A stretch of 64,000 nt of DNA, from contig NC_057733.1 in assembly GCF_004010195.1 (NCBI RefSeq), positions 39,312,668 through 39,376,667 on the forward strand, written 5' to 3'. The stretch is from Chiloscyllium plagiosum. Lineage: Eukaryota. Position numbers and translations under genes: made by a program. Shown one piece after another: positions 12,666-26,558 of the stretch (the first letter of the stretch is position 1; each line of letters starts with the position of its first letter). The notes beneath the pieces were generated by a model. That model saw only the letters and a program-made list of their open reading frames with translations. It did not search any database and was not told the DNA's origin.

Positions 12666-12676
12666 AATGAATAATT

Positions 12677-14180
12677 AGACCATAGGACATAAGAGCAAAA
12701 GTTGGCCAATTTTCCTTTTGAGTCTGCTTCACCTTTTAATGAAATCATGGCGGATCTGATAATCCTCAACTCAGCATTCCTGCTTTTCCACCACACCCCT
12801 TGATTCTTTTCCCGATTAAAGATCTGTCTATCTCAGCTTTGAATATATTTAAACAACCTTACAGTTAAGAATTCCTCAGATTCACAACCTTCTGAGAGAA
12901 GAAATTTCTTTTCACCTTTGTCTTAAATATGTGACTCCTTATTCTGTGACGGTGCCCTCTTGTCGTAGAATCTCCAACAGAATTTACCCTGTCAAAACTC
13001 CTAAGACTCATATATGGTCTCCTCTCATTCTTCTAAACTCTAATCTGTTCAATTCCTCCTCATAAGAAATCCCTTCATACCCAGTATCAAACCAATGAAC
13101 CTTCTCTGGACTGCTTCCTATGGAAATATATTTTCATTAGATAGGGAGATCAAAAGTGTTCACAGTATTCTAAGTGTGATCTGACTAGTATCTTAATGGT
13201 TCTAACAAAACTCTCCTATTTTTATACACCATTCCCTTTAAAAGAAAGGCCAACAGCCCTCTCTATTACTTACTGAACTTATATGCCAGCATTTTGTGAT
13301 TCATGCATGACGATCCCCAAGTTCCTCGATGCTACAGTACTCCATAGTCTCTCTCCATTTAAATGATATTTAGCTTATATTCTTCTCACCAAAGCACAAA
13401 ACTTACATTTTCCTAGATTAAATTCTACATGCTAAGATTTTGCCCACTCATTTAACTATTTGTGTTATCCTACCACTTGAATACATTTTTGTGTCATCTG
13501 TGAACTTGGCAATATTACATTCAATTTCCTCACCCAAGTCTTTAATTTATGTTATAAACAATTGTGGCCCCAGCCCTGATAATTGTGGCACTCTCCTAGT
13601 TGCATGTTGCCATCCTGAAAATGCTATCTTTATCTCAACTCTTTGTCTTCTCTTGGTGAGCCAAACCTCTATCCATGCTAACATACGACGTCATAGGATT
13701 GCTTATCTTATTAAGTAGCCTTCCATGTGGTACCTTATCGAAGGCCTTTTGAAAATCCAAATATATTGCAACTACTGGTTCCTCTTTATGTATCCTGATA
13801 GTTGCCTCCTCAAATAGTTCAAATCAGGCATCATTTCCCCTTCATAAAGCCATGTTGACTGTACTTGATTATATTATGTATTTCTAAATGCTCTGCTATT
13901 TCATCTTTTTAATATAATCTAATATTTCCCAATGAATCTAACTGACCTATTCTTACTTGTATTTTGTCTCCCTCCCTTTTTGAGCAAGAGTGTTATGTTG
14001 GGAGTTATTTACTGGAAAACCTTTACCACAATGCATATTTTTCTTGCAATTTAATAATGTACTTAACTTTCCTGGTTAACCATGGTCAGTTTAACTCCTT
14101 CCTGAAATCCTTCTTCCTCTTTGCTATGAGTTATGAACCAATTTCTATGGTTCACCCACCACCTTTTCTGGTAAATTCCT
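12677..14180 (-). mobile_element. Old decayed CR1 LINE with deletions
   Basis: Reverse tail accataggacataagagc; gtgtcatctgtgaactt (KFxDD-like), ggtaccttatcgaaggcc (AFDKVP) and ttcccttcataaagccatg (HGFMKG). Confidence 0.8.
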
Positions 14181-14182
14181 TT

Positions 14183-14991
14183 TGTGATGATGTTTAATAA
14201 TGTTTTTTGACCTTGGCTTTTTTCAAAAGTGGTTATAAAGACAGAGGTACTGAAATGTCTGGGTGAGAGCCTAATTTAACAATGGCAGGGGAGTGAGTGT
14301 GGTGCTGGAAAAGCACAGCCAGTCAGGCAGCATCCGAGGAGCAGGAGAATCGACATTTTGGGCACAAGCCCTTCTTCAGGAATTGATTCATTAGGAAACA
14401 TTGATTCTCCTGCTCCTTGGATGCTGCCTGATCAGTTGTGCTTTTCCAGCACCATGCTCTCGATTCTGATCTCCAGCATCTGCAGTCCTCGCTTTGTCCC
14501 TTTGGCAGGGAAGTGGCCAGTTCTCCCAGTTCAGGGTTTTTTTTTTCTAGTTTCTTTTAGTTGTAACAGTGAGAAGTTGCTGCAGACCAAAGAAAGGTTC
14601 CAAGCTTCAGCAGATGGTTCCTGAATGGCTTTCTCTCTGAAATCTCTTTAGAAGTTGCTTCCTCCTGCCTGTAAAAATCTGTGTTTGAATTTACTTTTTA
14701 CCAAGGGGAGTATTATAAAATGTTACTGAAATTGGAACAGCTCCTTAGTGAAGTTGCTGTATTGAGTCAGTTGGGTTTTCAAATATTTAGCTTATTCTAA
14801 ATTCTGTTTTCTTTTGTTCATGTTTCAACTGTAGTGTTTAAATAAATTCTGTTTTGCTTAAAGCCGAGTGGTTTGACTAGCTGCAGCATGCCTGGAATAT
14901 CCACTTAACATCTGCCTTTAAAATAAGAAAAACTTAGGGTCTGGGGTACCTTCTTAAAATATTTTGAGGGGGTCTGGCCTGGTCCGTAACA
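14183..14991 (+). mobile_element. Probable LTR followed by a primer-binding-site-like motif
   Basis: TG...CA termini (tgtgatg / cgtaaca), internal AATAAA ~14841, then attgggggctc at 14993-15003 resembling a tRNA-Pro PBS; internal part cut by a CR1 at ~15097. Confidence 0.55.
14296..14502. mobile_element. Short fold-back PLE-derived element with degenerate hammerhead motif, 13-bp TSD
   Basis: Inverted arms ggtgctggaaaagcacagc...gagaatcgac / ttgattctcctgctcc...ttttccagcacc; TSD tggcagggRagtg at 14283-14295 and 14503-14515. Confidence 0.8.
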
Positions 14992-15096
14992 GATTGGGGG
15001 CTCTTGTTAAAATTTATTCTTTAGTTCCAATTTGGGATTAAGGTTGTTGGACTCAAAGGCAGCAAGTGGTAGGTGTTTGTGTCTTTTGTTCCAAGT

Positions 15097-15617
15097 ATCT
15101 GAAGGATGTTGTGAAACTTGAAAGGGTTCAGAAAAGACTTACAAGGATGTTGCCAGGGTTGGAGGATTTGAGCTATAGGGAGAGGCTGAATAGGCTGGGG
15201 CTGTTTTCTCTGGAGCGTTGGAGGCTGAGGAGTGACCTTCTAGAAGTCTACAAAATGATGAGGGGCATGGATCAGGTAAATAGACAAGGTCATTTCCCTG
15301 GGATGGGAGAGTCCAAAACTAGAGCGCATAGGTTTAGTGTGAGAGGGGAAAGATATAAAAGAGACCTAAGGGGCAATTTTTTCACGCAGAGGGTGGTGCG
15401 TGTATGGAATGAGCTGCCAGAGGATGTGGTGGAGGCTAGTACAATCACAACATTTAAAAGGCATCTGGATGGGTATATGAATAGGAAGGGTTTAAAGGGA
15501 TATGGGCCGGGTGCTGGCAAATGGGACTAGATTGGGTTGGGATATCTGGTTGGCATGGACGAGTTGGACCGAAGGGTCTGTTTCCGTGCTGTACATCTCT
15601 ATGATTCTGTGACTCTA
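15097..15617 (+). mobile_element. 5'-truncated HER1-like CR1 3' end
   Basis: ORF 15066-15530 (LERVQKRLTRMLPGL...FFTQRVVRVWNELP); tail ctctatgattctgtgactcta. Confidence 0.95.
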
Positions 15618-15729
15618 AATGTTCTAAAACTTATTTGAAGACTGGGTTAAATATACAAATCTCACATTTATTCTAATTGAACTTGACATGAGAAACGTTT
15701 GTTACAAACCTGCTGCATGACAATAGATA

Positions 15730-15818
15730 ACACTTGAAATACTCAGCAGGTCTGGCAGCATCTGTGGAGAGAAAAGCAGTGTTAAAACTTTGAGTTGAAT
15801 ATGACTTTTCCTTCGGAA
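15730..15818 (-). mobile_element. Single PLE-derived arm, decayed
   Basis: ctcagcaggtctggcagcatctgtggagaga motif shared with 28285, 38833 and 46772 copies. Confidence 0.7.
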
Positions 15819-18289
15819 TATGCATTACCTTGCCTACATTAACTGACGATCTCTTATCTGACTGGGAGCAAATACTTTTGGTTCAAGAGATTGATTGAAT
15901 CAAACTTGTAATCTTTCTGCATGAGGCAGGTAAAGCTTAGAATTTTGCATTTCACCAACAGTATATGTTCGTATAATTTAGTCCCTGTTGTGGTATCAAT
16001 TAAGAATAAGAAACTGTTCAGCCTGTCTTGTTTGAAAACTTGCTTTGCCTAAATAAGTTATACTTGCTGTGGCAGAAGGCATGCTCAATAAGCTATTGGC
16101 AAAGCCATACTGAATGTTTCAAAGATGGCAAAATGGTGACGTTTAACTCCCAAAATACATCAACTTCCATTTAAGAGTAACAGCCAAACTTTCATACTGT
16201 ACTGATTTGAAATGTTTCCCTTTGCTTCATGTTTAACACGGTGAACTTCAGATTTGTTGATAGTAGGCATTCTTGGGTTGATGGTCCACTGGTTGACAAA
16301 AATCTCCATTGCTGTTGGTCCTGGTTTTGTTTTTGATTGTCCATGCCAGAAAAAGGAAAACATAATTCTTCACAGAGTGATTCTGACATTGCTTTATCAG
16401 AAGCCCACAGTTACAATTATAAGCTCATTGCCTGCACTGCCAAGAAATGAGCTCTGCACTTTACTGCAGGCAGCTGTGGATGTGATTGATTCACATCTCA
16501 TAGCTCCAAATATGTTAACAGTGCCTGAAGTAAAGCGTTGAATGTTTTATCAAAGTGCAGTAAAGGAGAAGAGTATAATGTGCGTTTTATTATGTGAGAC
16601 AGGGATATAAGCTGGTATTTTAATTTGGGAACTGGTATGTGAGTGGGATAAGTCATTGAGGTACACGGACATTGACAAAAGGGAAAACTTAATCCACAAT
16701 GTTCCAACCAGGGTCATTTCATGGAGCTCTGCTTTAATCACCTGACAATGTACTTCACTCTCCATTCTTAATAACTGTCGTATGTTTTGCTATCGGAATT
16801 GTTGAATTTTCATAATGTTTAATCATCCAGCATTTGTGGGTGGGTGTGCAAAATTAGAGGGCATGTTCTTGTAATGGATTCACGCCTACTAAATGCTGGA
16901 ATGAGCTGCCCAAACCTTTCCCACTTGGGATCCTGAACAGCTGCAAGAGAGAGTTCAGTCCGTTTGGGTTGCATTCAAATCAAGCTGCAGGGGTGAAAGG
17001 ACAGTGTGATTGCTTAGTGCACCAGCCACTCTACACGAAAGCTGTAAAAAGCTGAAAACGAATCTGCATAAGTAAGAGGCGGCCAACACCAGAAAACATA
17101 AGATATGAAAAGAACCATACTCAGGCCTACACAGCTTCTACGTCGCACAATCAGGCTCAGAATTTGACCTTTTTGAAATGTTTGTTACAGACTTTAAATG
17201 GATACCACGTGCCTCTGTTTCGGGGTATAAAGTTCTGTGCCACAAGAGAGGATGAAAACGTCTAAAGTGCAATTAATTGATTTCTCAGCCTCTTTGAACA
17301 TCAAGCTAAGATAAGCATCAGCCCTTGCAGATGCTAAAGTGGTGCCTGACAACTGCTTTAAGTCTTGCTCTTTCAAGTTGGAAATTCAGTTACCTTGAGC
17401 AGGGCAGGCAGCAGATATGTTCAATCTTTTCAGGTGTGGATGCCATCAGTGACTCCAGCAAAGAGGCAGTTACTTTTGATTTAGAAATAATAATTTAGCA
17501 GGAGCAGGAGTCCTTCAATAGCTTTTTCCTGCATTCAATGGCCTCTCCCTATTCCTCCGCCTCCACCCCACCTGGTACTTACTTCCCTAAGGATGACGAC
17601 CAATAAGGCATGTTGTCTCTCTCACACCAATAGTTCTTGTTACTAGTCATCCCTCATACAACTTGGAAAGAAGTCTAGACAATTGCTCCAGCCCATTCGA
17701 TCCATATAATATACTGTTCACCCATTTCAGTGGAGCCAAATATGCTGTCCTTTGAATGTGTCATTCTTATATGAGTGCTTACATCCTGTTAAAATGATTT
17801 CTTGAAAAATAAATTGAACTTCCCAATGATCTGTAGTACTGTGATATCATTGCTTTATGAAACATGTCTCCTCATCAAAATATGATGTTGTGTTGGAAGG
17901 GAATTTAAAATTAGTACAACTCCAAGTTGTTTGCATCATAGTTGTTCACGTCAAAGCTTTTTGCTGCTCTTGTTGCAAAGAAGCTGCTATTGTGTTTTCT
18001 GACAAGCTTTTCAACTAAAACTCCAATCAGAAAGAATCCCTTTCATCCTTAGATATTTCATACATCACATAATATAGCAGGGAAATTACAATTGGACATT
18101 TGAGAGCCACATGGCATTTGGTTGTACTGCCTGTCTCTGTTATTCTACTAAATGTTTCTAAATCATTCAAAATGATCAATATTTCTAAAATAGTGGAAAG
18201 AAGCATTTGAGACTATTGTGTTAAAGTTAGTCCATCAGTATTGTGGCAAAAAGAAGTGTAAGACTGATTAGGGACTAAAAGGAGTCTTT

Positions 18290-19938
18290 GTACACCAAAA
18301 CAGGAAGCATAGCATGGGGTGTTCAATGAAAACTTTGCCTTTACCAAAGAGGCAGATGCTACCCAGGCCATGACAACAGAACAAATCTCTGTCAATACAA
18401 GTGTTCAAAATTGATAAGGAAGAATGTTGGATATCAGTACTTAAATTTGACAAGGCACCAGGACCGAATGAGACATATCCAAGGATACTGAAGAAAGTGA
18501 GATTGAAATTGTTGGCCACTAGCCAACTTTCAGTCTTCCCTAGATTCAGGGAAAGTTCCAGAGGATTGCAGCATTGCAAACATCATGCCTTTGTTAAAAA
18601 AAAACGTTTGTAAGGATAATCCCCGCAATTACAAACTAGCCATTTTAGTTCCAGAGATAGGGAATCTTCTAGAAACAATTATTCAAGGTAGGAAATGAAA
18701 AATGGTGGGTTGACTAAGAAGAGCCAGCGTGGATTTCTTGAAGGAAAATCATGTTTCACCAACTTGCTGGATTTTTCTGAAGAAATAACAGACGGTGGAT
18801 GAAGGTAATGCTGTTGATGTGGTGTACATAGAATTCAAAAGACATTCATGACATAACAAACTTGTAAGCAAAGTTATATGTCATGGAATGCGTGGGACAG
18901 TAGCAACATGGATACATAATTGGCTGAGGGAAAGAAAATAGAAAGTAATGGTCAGTACTTTTCAGACTGAAGAAAGGTTTGTAATGGAGTTTTGCAGCAA
19001 TTGACATTAGGACCTTTGCTTTTCCTGATATTTTTAATGATGTCAATTTTAATGTGCAGGGGACAGTTGCAAAGTTTGTGAATAATACAAACCTTAGAAG
19101 ACTGTAAACTGTCAAGAGGATGGTGTCCAATATTATAAAGACTTGGAAAGGTTGGTGGAGTGAGTAGTTGAGTGGCAGGTGAAGTTCAATGAGGAGGTGT
19201 GTGAGGTGATTCATTTTGGTTGGAAGAACATGGAGAGACATTAAAAAAATAAGGGTTTCATTCTAATGTGGGTGCAGGAACAGAGGGACTTTAGTGTACC
19301 TAAGTCATTAATGGTGTTGGGTCAGACACAGAGAGCAGTTACTGAAGCATAGTTCTTGGCTTTCTTAATAGAGGTATTAGAGTACAAGAGCAAGGAGGTC
19401 ATGCTGAAATTGTGTAAATCACTAATTAGACCTCAGATGTAGTACTGTGAATGGGTCTGGCAGCTCACTACAGGAAGAAAGTGAATACATTGGAATGAGA
19501 GCAGAACAGGTTTACGAGAATGATTCTAGGGATACAAAATTCAGTTATGAAGATAGATGGGAGAAACACGAGGATGTTTCCCTTTGGACAGCAAAAGGCT
19601 GAGGAGATTTGATTCAGGTTTTCAAAACCATGCCTGAGCTGGACAGAGCAGGTAGTGAGAATTTGTTCCTGCTCATAAAAGGATCAAGAGCAATACTGCA
19701 CAGATTAAAGCATTTTCACGCAACATGTGCTCCTAGAATACATTACCCGGAAGCATTGTGGAGGCAAGTTTAATTGAGACATTCAAGAAGAAATTAGATC
19801 ATTTTTGGCGTAGAAATTGAATTACAGGAATATAGAAGAAAGATTGGCAGTAAGTCATAATACTCATTCAGACAGCCTGTATGAATACAATGGGCTGAAT
19901 GGCCTCTTTCAGTGCTGTAACTATTCTCTGGTTCTGTG
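18290..19938 (+). mobile_element. Old CR1 LINE (RT to 3' end), heavily decayed
   Basis: ORF 18401-18613 LKFDKAPGPNETYPRILK; ggaaaatcatgtttcaccaacttgctgga; tail tgggctgaatggcctc; colinear with the copy at 56030-58400. Confidence 0.85.
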
Positions 19939-22139
19939 TTCAAAGGCACATTTTGAACAGTATTATTAATAAAGATATTTGGCACAATGATACCAATATA
20001 CTGCAGCAGCAATCATGCTGAAGACAGTGCACTGAATCTTATTGTACTATTACAGTTTTGGGCTGGTACTCCAAATCAATCGCTCAAAAATTGATAAATA
20101 TCAATGAGAGATCTCTACTCACTAGCACTTCACACAAATGTTAGGTAGAGGTAATTTGATTTAGAGTTTAAAAGGACAAAATTTACAATCGCACAGTATT
20201 ATTCAGAGTGCAAATGGGCAGTGTTTGAAAGCAGAAATCCCTAAGCACACACTGCAATAGTCAAAGACTGCACCATTGACATTTCCAAAATTACCTTTAT
20301 TGAGGTTAATTCACATTTCAAACTAGAAGCTGGCAATGTCCTTTTTAATAAAATGTTCACTTGGATTTAAAAGAAAAAGAGTTTGTTATAGTCAGTTTGA
20401 ACTATGCAATACTCAGCGCAATGAAAAGAATTCACAAGATGCAGCACTGTAAAAGTGCTCCACACATGAATGAGTGGAAACTCAATACAAATATTAGCAA
20501 AATTCTGCTAAAGTTACAATGAGCCTGATTACCACTGAAAATGAAATTCAAGCGCTAATCCATATTTACGAAAATCTAGGGCCACAATTGTCTGAGAATA
20601 TGTAAGGAATGTTCTTGCGAAGGGTTTCTTGCATTCCAGCCTTCATTATGGTTCCCTGTGGTTTCCTGAAGCATGCAGCTGAAATGCTCCATTTGGGATG
20701 AGGTGTAAACTATGTTTCACATTGGGATCAATCTGAATGGGCCGAATTTACCTTCCTTTGCAAAGTACAAACTTTAGCTTAACTCTCAATTTGGGTTTGG
20801 CTGTTTTTGTCCCTTTCTGGGAAAAATGAGAATGGGAAGTGGCATCATTTTGGGACTGCTGTTGCATCAGGAGTGTGATTTCTGAGTCACAAAAGTACTT
20901 TACAATCAGAGCCTTTATTTTTGTGTGGTACCGCATTAGCAACAATATATTTCTGTTCCCATTTTCACTGGTAGATGGAGAAAGTGACTCGCACACTTCT
21001 TTGTAAACAAATACCAATTCCTCTTTAATTAAAGTGCCTCTATACACCCATTCATTCTTCTGTTTAGAAGTCAGTAAGTCTATATGGATCCAAATTCTCA
21101 CTCCTCTTCCTGTGGCAAAAAGATGAAAGTTATAAGAAGATTGAAGATATTTTTGAGGTAAACATTTGAATGTATCAAATATCATTGTGAGCAATGCATA
21201 AGGTTTCTAATCTCTATGAAAATGCATATTTTATATGATAAATATTTTTCCGAAGCAGCAAGTAAGGACATTTTTTCCTGGATATTGAGTTGTATGCTGT
21301 TTTTGATAGTCAATTTTCTCAATTCCTATTTTCTGGACAGTGCTTTGACTCTTGCTGGGATTTTGTTTTGCCAGTGCTGTTGACTTCCAATATGTTGCCA
21401 CTCCTTATGTGTGAGATTTAACCGTGTTGACACTTTCTGTAACTGCAGAGAATATCAGAACCAAGTTCTGATCATTAACATGACTGAGTTGACAATACAA
21501 AATCAAACAGATTTGGTCATGGTGAAACTAAAACTTCCAATTCTGAACAAAAGTCTTGTGGATGGTGAAAATGCCAGTTCCTGAACAGACTTGCAGGACA
21601 AAATGATGCACAAACATGCAACAATATCACTTGCCCTCCCAGCTGGTTGGTCGTAATCAGGAGCAAGATTTTCCCTTTCACAACTTTGTCCAACAGCACA
21701 AATTCTCTCTTTATTTGAACACAGTTGAGAAAATTCACTACATACTGGCATCTCTCTGATCTATGTAATTCAGTTAATTTCTTTAGTTTCACAAACCCAA
21801 CCCTTCAAAGGCAGTTTAAAAGAAGCACACTTTCTATTATTGGCTGTAGTTGAATTAATTATTCGTTTAGGTAAAAAAATAAGCACAGCAGTTGCAATAT
21901 TGCATTGTCAAGTATTACAGGGCTAATGTCTTAATTTTGGCTTGCCAATACAAAAAAAAATCTCTTCCTCTACTAATTGAGCTGACGCACAACAGGGCTG
22001 GGTGCTAAAGATAAGCTTCCCTTACTTTCTCAAATAGCATTCTTTTAATATGAGTCTTAACATTAAGTTTTGGCTGGTTTTCCAACAATAATGGATAGAA
22101 GAGTTAACCTCAATTCTATTCTGTGCCAATTTTCACACC

Positions 22140-22360
22140 CATCAGTACTTTGCAGCAGAAGACTCAGAATAATAATCAAGAGCAGGAACTCTTGCTTGTT
22201 TTGCTCCACTCTTCAAAGTCGGGGGCACTGATGTTTACTGTAGATTTCTTACTGCGCCATGAATGGAATTAATATACTCAGCATTCAGCAGGGATTTAGT
22301 TTGAAAACTTCATTATCTACATCACACCAATGCATCCAGTCATTGAACCAATAAAGATGC
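22140..22360 (-). mobile_element. Ancient SINE-like relic (similar to 35150-35335)
   Basis: Loose shared blocks atcaagagcaggaac / gggcactga / actcagca. Confidence 0.35.
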
Positions 22361-22864
22361 TCTGAGTATCAACTATAAGACAAGTATTATTCTTCTACTC
22401 AAAATTATGATGGCTCAACATCAACACTTTTCTGTTGTAAATTGTTGTTTATATATTTCTGTTTGCTGCCCCTGAAAAGCTGTTGCCATATTGCAAATGA
22501 GTCCTACCATGTTCTCTGTAGCTGACATCATGCAGCATGTTTGCAAAATTTACTTTACAATTATTGCTTGGATGATAGAGTCTTCTTCGCAACATCTGAA
22601 AATTTTAATTGTCAAGGTAATCTTAAGTTTGACTTTCTGTAATTTTCTAATGGTGTCAAATTGAATCTGAGAAAGAAAGGAAATGTCAGTCAACAGTGTA
22701 TCTGCTCCCGGGTCAGAGTTTTGGTGTTGGAGCTGTGCATCAGGAGGCTGTGTTCATCACATCATTTCTTATTCCAGGTATAACATTCTAACACCTTTAG
22801 ATGTAGCATCCTTTGGATGGTTAAAACAATGTTCTGCCTAACTAAAGATGTTGAAGAAGGTTAA

Positions 22865-23100
22865 AGAGTTCTCCCAAAATTCTGGTCAACATTGCTTCTC
22901 AGCTATTAAACCATCCTAGTTATGAATTGGCCATTCATTACATATATATCATTGTCATAGCTGTTTTTTGCCACTTCAAAATAATCAACAGTATGAGTTG
23001 CCTTCAGATGGTTTGGTATGATAAGCGACCATAACTTGCATTAACACATAGCGCCCTGCATGCAGAAAAGTGTCACAAAGCAATTCACAGAACAAAATTT
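22865..23100. mobile_element. Deu-SINE 3' fragments in both orientations
   Basis: gagttctcccaaaattctggtcaacatt and reverse tail aacttgcattaacacatagcgccc...caaagcaattcacag. Confidence 0.45.
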
Positions 23101-24095
23101 AATTCTGAATGCTGAAACCACGGGTTAAAGTTTACCAGAAATCGACAAAGTGTAAATTTTGGTGAATTACATGGAGGGTTTCTCTCTGTAGTACCTGGTG
23201 AGGTTTCTTATGCTGTCATCCCAAACTCACTTTATTAACTATATACCACACCTCTGTGGAACTCCCCACAATTCTTGTTCTCCCACTCACTTTCACAGAA
23301 GGTTTTGCCACGTCTGGCCTATCCTAATATTTCTGGCATTGGTGCCATCTTTGAACCTCAAGTGTTCTTAGTCCAGAGTGGCCCTTCACCAAGCATGCAG
23401 TGGGACTGCAACCACAAATCAGCACTTCTTATGAAACGTAGTCAGCACAGCTAACTCTTCATTGTACACATGATTGTACACTCCTACATCTATTGGTGCT
23501 TATGTACCAAGACAAACAGCTTACTTATCCTTACACAAATGGGGTAAAGAAAACAGACAGAAACTGAATTTGCGTCTTTGAACAGAAACAGCTTGCCCAT
23601 GAAGCACTATCAAATTTACAGTCAATGAATGATGAATGCACTTAGCTATCATCTACTGAAACTGTGTGTCAGTTAGGTCCTGTCTGGCTTGTGGTGCCCC
23701 AGGATGCTGTACTCTATCATCCATATGCTAATGCTCTTTCTGATCATTGTTCCCGTCCTCCTCCCCTGCAGAAGACTACTCCTGCTTGTCAGCTTCCATC
23801 CCAAAGCCTTTTTGCCAGCTTCAGTTTGATTAAGTCCAGTGTGCATTTTGTCTGGAGTGTATTACCAGATTCCCCGAGATTGATGCAGGCCACAGATCCT
23901 TATCTTCAGCAGCCTTATTTCTGCTCCACTACAGCTCTGGTTGAAGAATTGGCTCCCTCTCAGTCAGGTGGTCGAGCAGCAGAGTTATTTGCCATAGTCT
24001 TTAAAAGTAGCCTTTGTCCTCCAGTAACCATACTTGTAAGGTTTCTAGCTCCTCAAATGCAGCAGAAACATGAGAACTGTCAAGGATATAGGCAT

Positions 24096-24575
24096 TGGAG
24101 TTGGGGATTGGGTTGGCCTATGAGGAGAGACTGAGTAGATTGGGATTATATTCATTGGAATTTAGAAGAATGGAGGGGGATCTTATAGAAACATGTAAAA
24201 TTATGAAGAGAATAGATAAGATAGAAGTAGAGAGGATGTTTCCTCTGGCAGGTGAAACTAGGACAAGAGGGCATAGCCTCAAAATTAGGGGGAGCAGATT
24301 TAGGACTGAATTGAGAAGGAATTTCTTCACTCAAGAGGTCTGTGAATCTATGGAATTCCCTGCCCAGCAAAGTGGTTGAGGCTTTCACAGTAAATGTTTT
24401 TAAAGCTAAGATAGATAATTTTTTGAACAGGAAAGGAATTAAGGGTAATGGTGAGAAGGCGGGTGACTGGAGCTGAGGCGATGAAAACATCAGCTATGAT
24501 CTTATTGAATGGCGGAGCAGGCTCGAAGGGGCAAATAGCCTACTCTTGCTCCCAGTTCTTATGTTCTTCTTATGT
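24096..24575 (+). mobile_element. 5'-truncated CR1 3' end (ttcttatg-tail subfamily)
   Basis: ORF 24095-24379 YEERLSRLGLYSLEFRRMEGDLIE; tail ctactcttgctcccagttcttatgttctt. Confidence 0.92.
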
Positions 24576-24853
24576 ATTATGGTAGCTCCCAGAGTACCTG
24601 GGGCAGCCTTTTAAGATGTGGTTCTGATAATCAAAGATGACTCGCACATTGATGGAACGGAATCCTTTTCTATTGATGAACTCAGCTGTGTCATGATATA
24701 ACCCATTCACTGTGACTTGTGGCCAGTGTATTGTACTCTGCAGCTGGGGAAAATCAGCTTCATTCGGCAAAGTCTACAGCCTGGGCTGTAGCACTGACTC
24801 GGTCATGGGGGATTGAGAAGGGGTGTGATCTGACACAAACAACATCGGTGACA

Positions 24854-25016
24854 TTGGATGTAGATTTGCTCGCTGAGCTGGAAGGTTCATTTCCAGATGT
24901 TTCGTTACCCTACTAGGTAACATCTTCAGCCTGAGGCCCACTAAAGATGTCACCCAGTAGGATAACGAAACGTCTGGAAATGAACCTTCCAGCTCAGCGA
25001 GCAAACCTACATCCAA
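24854..25016. mobile_element. Palindromic PLE-derived element with a hammerhead-like motif on each strand
   Basis: ~76-bp inverted arms; plus: ccaCTAAAGA tgtcaccc..ggataac GAAACGTC tgg; minus: CTGAAGA tgttacc tagta gggtaac GAAACATC tgg. Confidence 0.85.
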
Positions 25017-26558
25017 AAGCTTCAGTGACAGCTTGATGCATATGTGGATGTATGACTGAAGCATCCAACACAGGTCCTCAGTAGCTCCTTGGAAGGAATC
25101 ACGTGCGTAAATGTCATCTTGACAGCCACGTGGATAAGATGCCCATTCACTCCTTTATTATTGACCCTGTAGTCTGTCCCGGCACAGTCCTGAGACATCC
25201 TCAACCTGCAGTGGCACTATGCCTCACTGATTTGGAGGAAATAGCATTGAGGATTAAAGACTCTGGGTCTTCTACATATCCTGTCCATCCTGAGGGGGAC
25301 TTCAGCTTGCATCTCTTCGTGTGGAGGCTGTTCAGCAGCCACTGGAGGTTGTTACTCCTCCTGGACTTGCTGGAAGAGTATGTTGGAGAATACTTATGGT
25401 TGAGGGTGAGGGGATCGCATCTTACGTCTATGCTCCTGTGCAGTGTATTAGATTTTTTATTAGCTTTGCACTTTGAGATGACTATCTTCAATCAACTATG
25501 ATGAATGACATGGTCAAGATGTTGGGACAAAAAGAAACCACTGACTCCATCTACTCTGGATGCGGTTGCAGTCATTTTCCATTTGTAATTCGCATTTAGG
25601 AATCACATGAATATGGGAGGCAATGCAAATTGTCCTGGGCACCATGAGTCTTCAGGTCAGCCTGGTAAACAAGGGAACCCTGACCTTCCACCTCCTTTTC
25701 TTCCTAGCAAACGCATTATGACTGATCCCCTACATGTTCCCACACACCACCTTGAATTACAACTACCACTCTCATCCTTACCTGGAAACTCTGTCCCTAC
25801 AGTGTCATTCTGCTCACTATCATGTCCCACCCTCATACCCTCGAGGCCATTGTGTCAATCACCTCTGTTAAAATCCCCCCACACAATATCTCAGGGCTTC
25901 CCATGCACTGTCTCCCCCCTTATATGTATAATTTACCTCCTTCATCTTCCTTGTTCCCTCTGCATCCCAATATGCTGCCTCCAAACCCCAGCTTTGAGTA
26001 CATCTACTTCCTGACCACAGCAGTTTCCTCTTATAATCCCCATTTGACTTTCATTCCACTGACTCTCAGCTTCTGTCTTTGGCCCACCCTCTGACTGACT
26101 TGAATGGTCAGTGTTGACTGCGGATTAACTTGACAGCAGGAGATGCCATTGACTGACTGCGCTTGGATCTCCTGACTGACAGTAGCTTCCCTTGACTAGA
26201 CTAAGGATTAACCCCCTTCAACATGGAGTCATGGCCTTTTGGTTGATGCATATGTAGTGTGGTTGCGGTACAAGATGCTGACAGACTGTGGGTGTGACAT
26301 TAATGTAACACAGTGCATTTGGCAACAATGACATCCTGTTGACAACCATGATGACGTGTCTGGTTTTGTGACTGTGTTCAACAACAAAGCAAGACAGAAG
26401 TAATGTGAGCCTTTAAGGTGTGGCTGAGGAGCTAAAATAGCAGTCTGCAAGGCAAGGCAGGGAAGCTGTGAACATTGAAGTGGACACAAAGTTGGTGACC
26501 TTAAAGAGAGTGAGTGAGCAACCCTGAGGTGCTGCCTGGTCCAATCCATGAAGTGGTT

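Larger units (their letters stand above)
23700..25330 (-). mobile_element. Decayed PIF/Harbinger DDE transposase (HARBI1-like), interrupted by a CR1 and a PLE hairpin
   Basis: Minus-strand peptides HVAVKMT; ADFPQLQSTI...EFINRKGFRSINV...RYSGSYH (ORF 24570-24770); beyond the CR1: AYILDSS, WLLEDKGY, STRAVVEQ, LLKIRI. Confidence 0.8.

Noticed and set aside
20748-21194. 148-aa ORF in unique sequence
   Set aside because: No recognisable domain, non-ATG start, no convincing splice pair; compatible with chance
25607-26094. Pro/Ser/Leu-rich ORFs
   Set aside because: Reflect a C/T-rich low-complexity tract, probably transposon-internal
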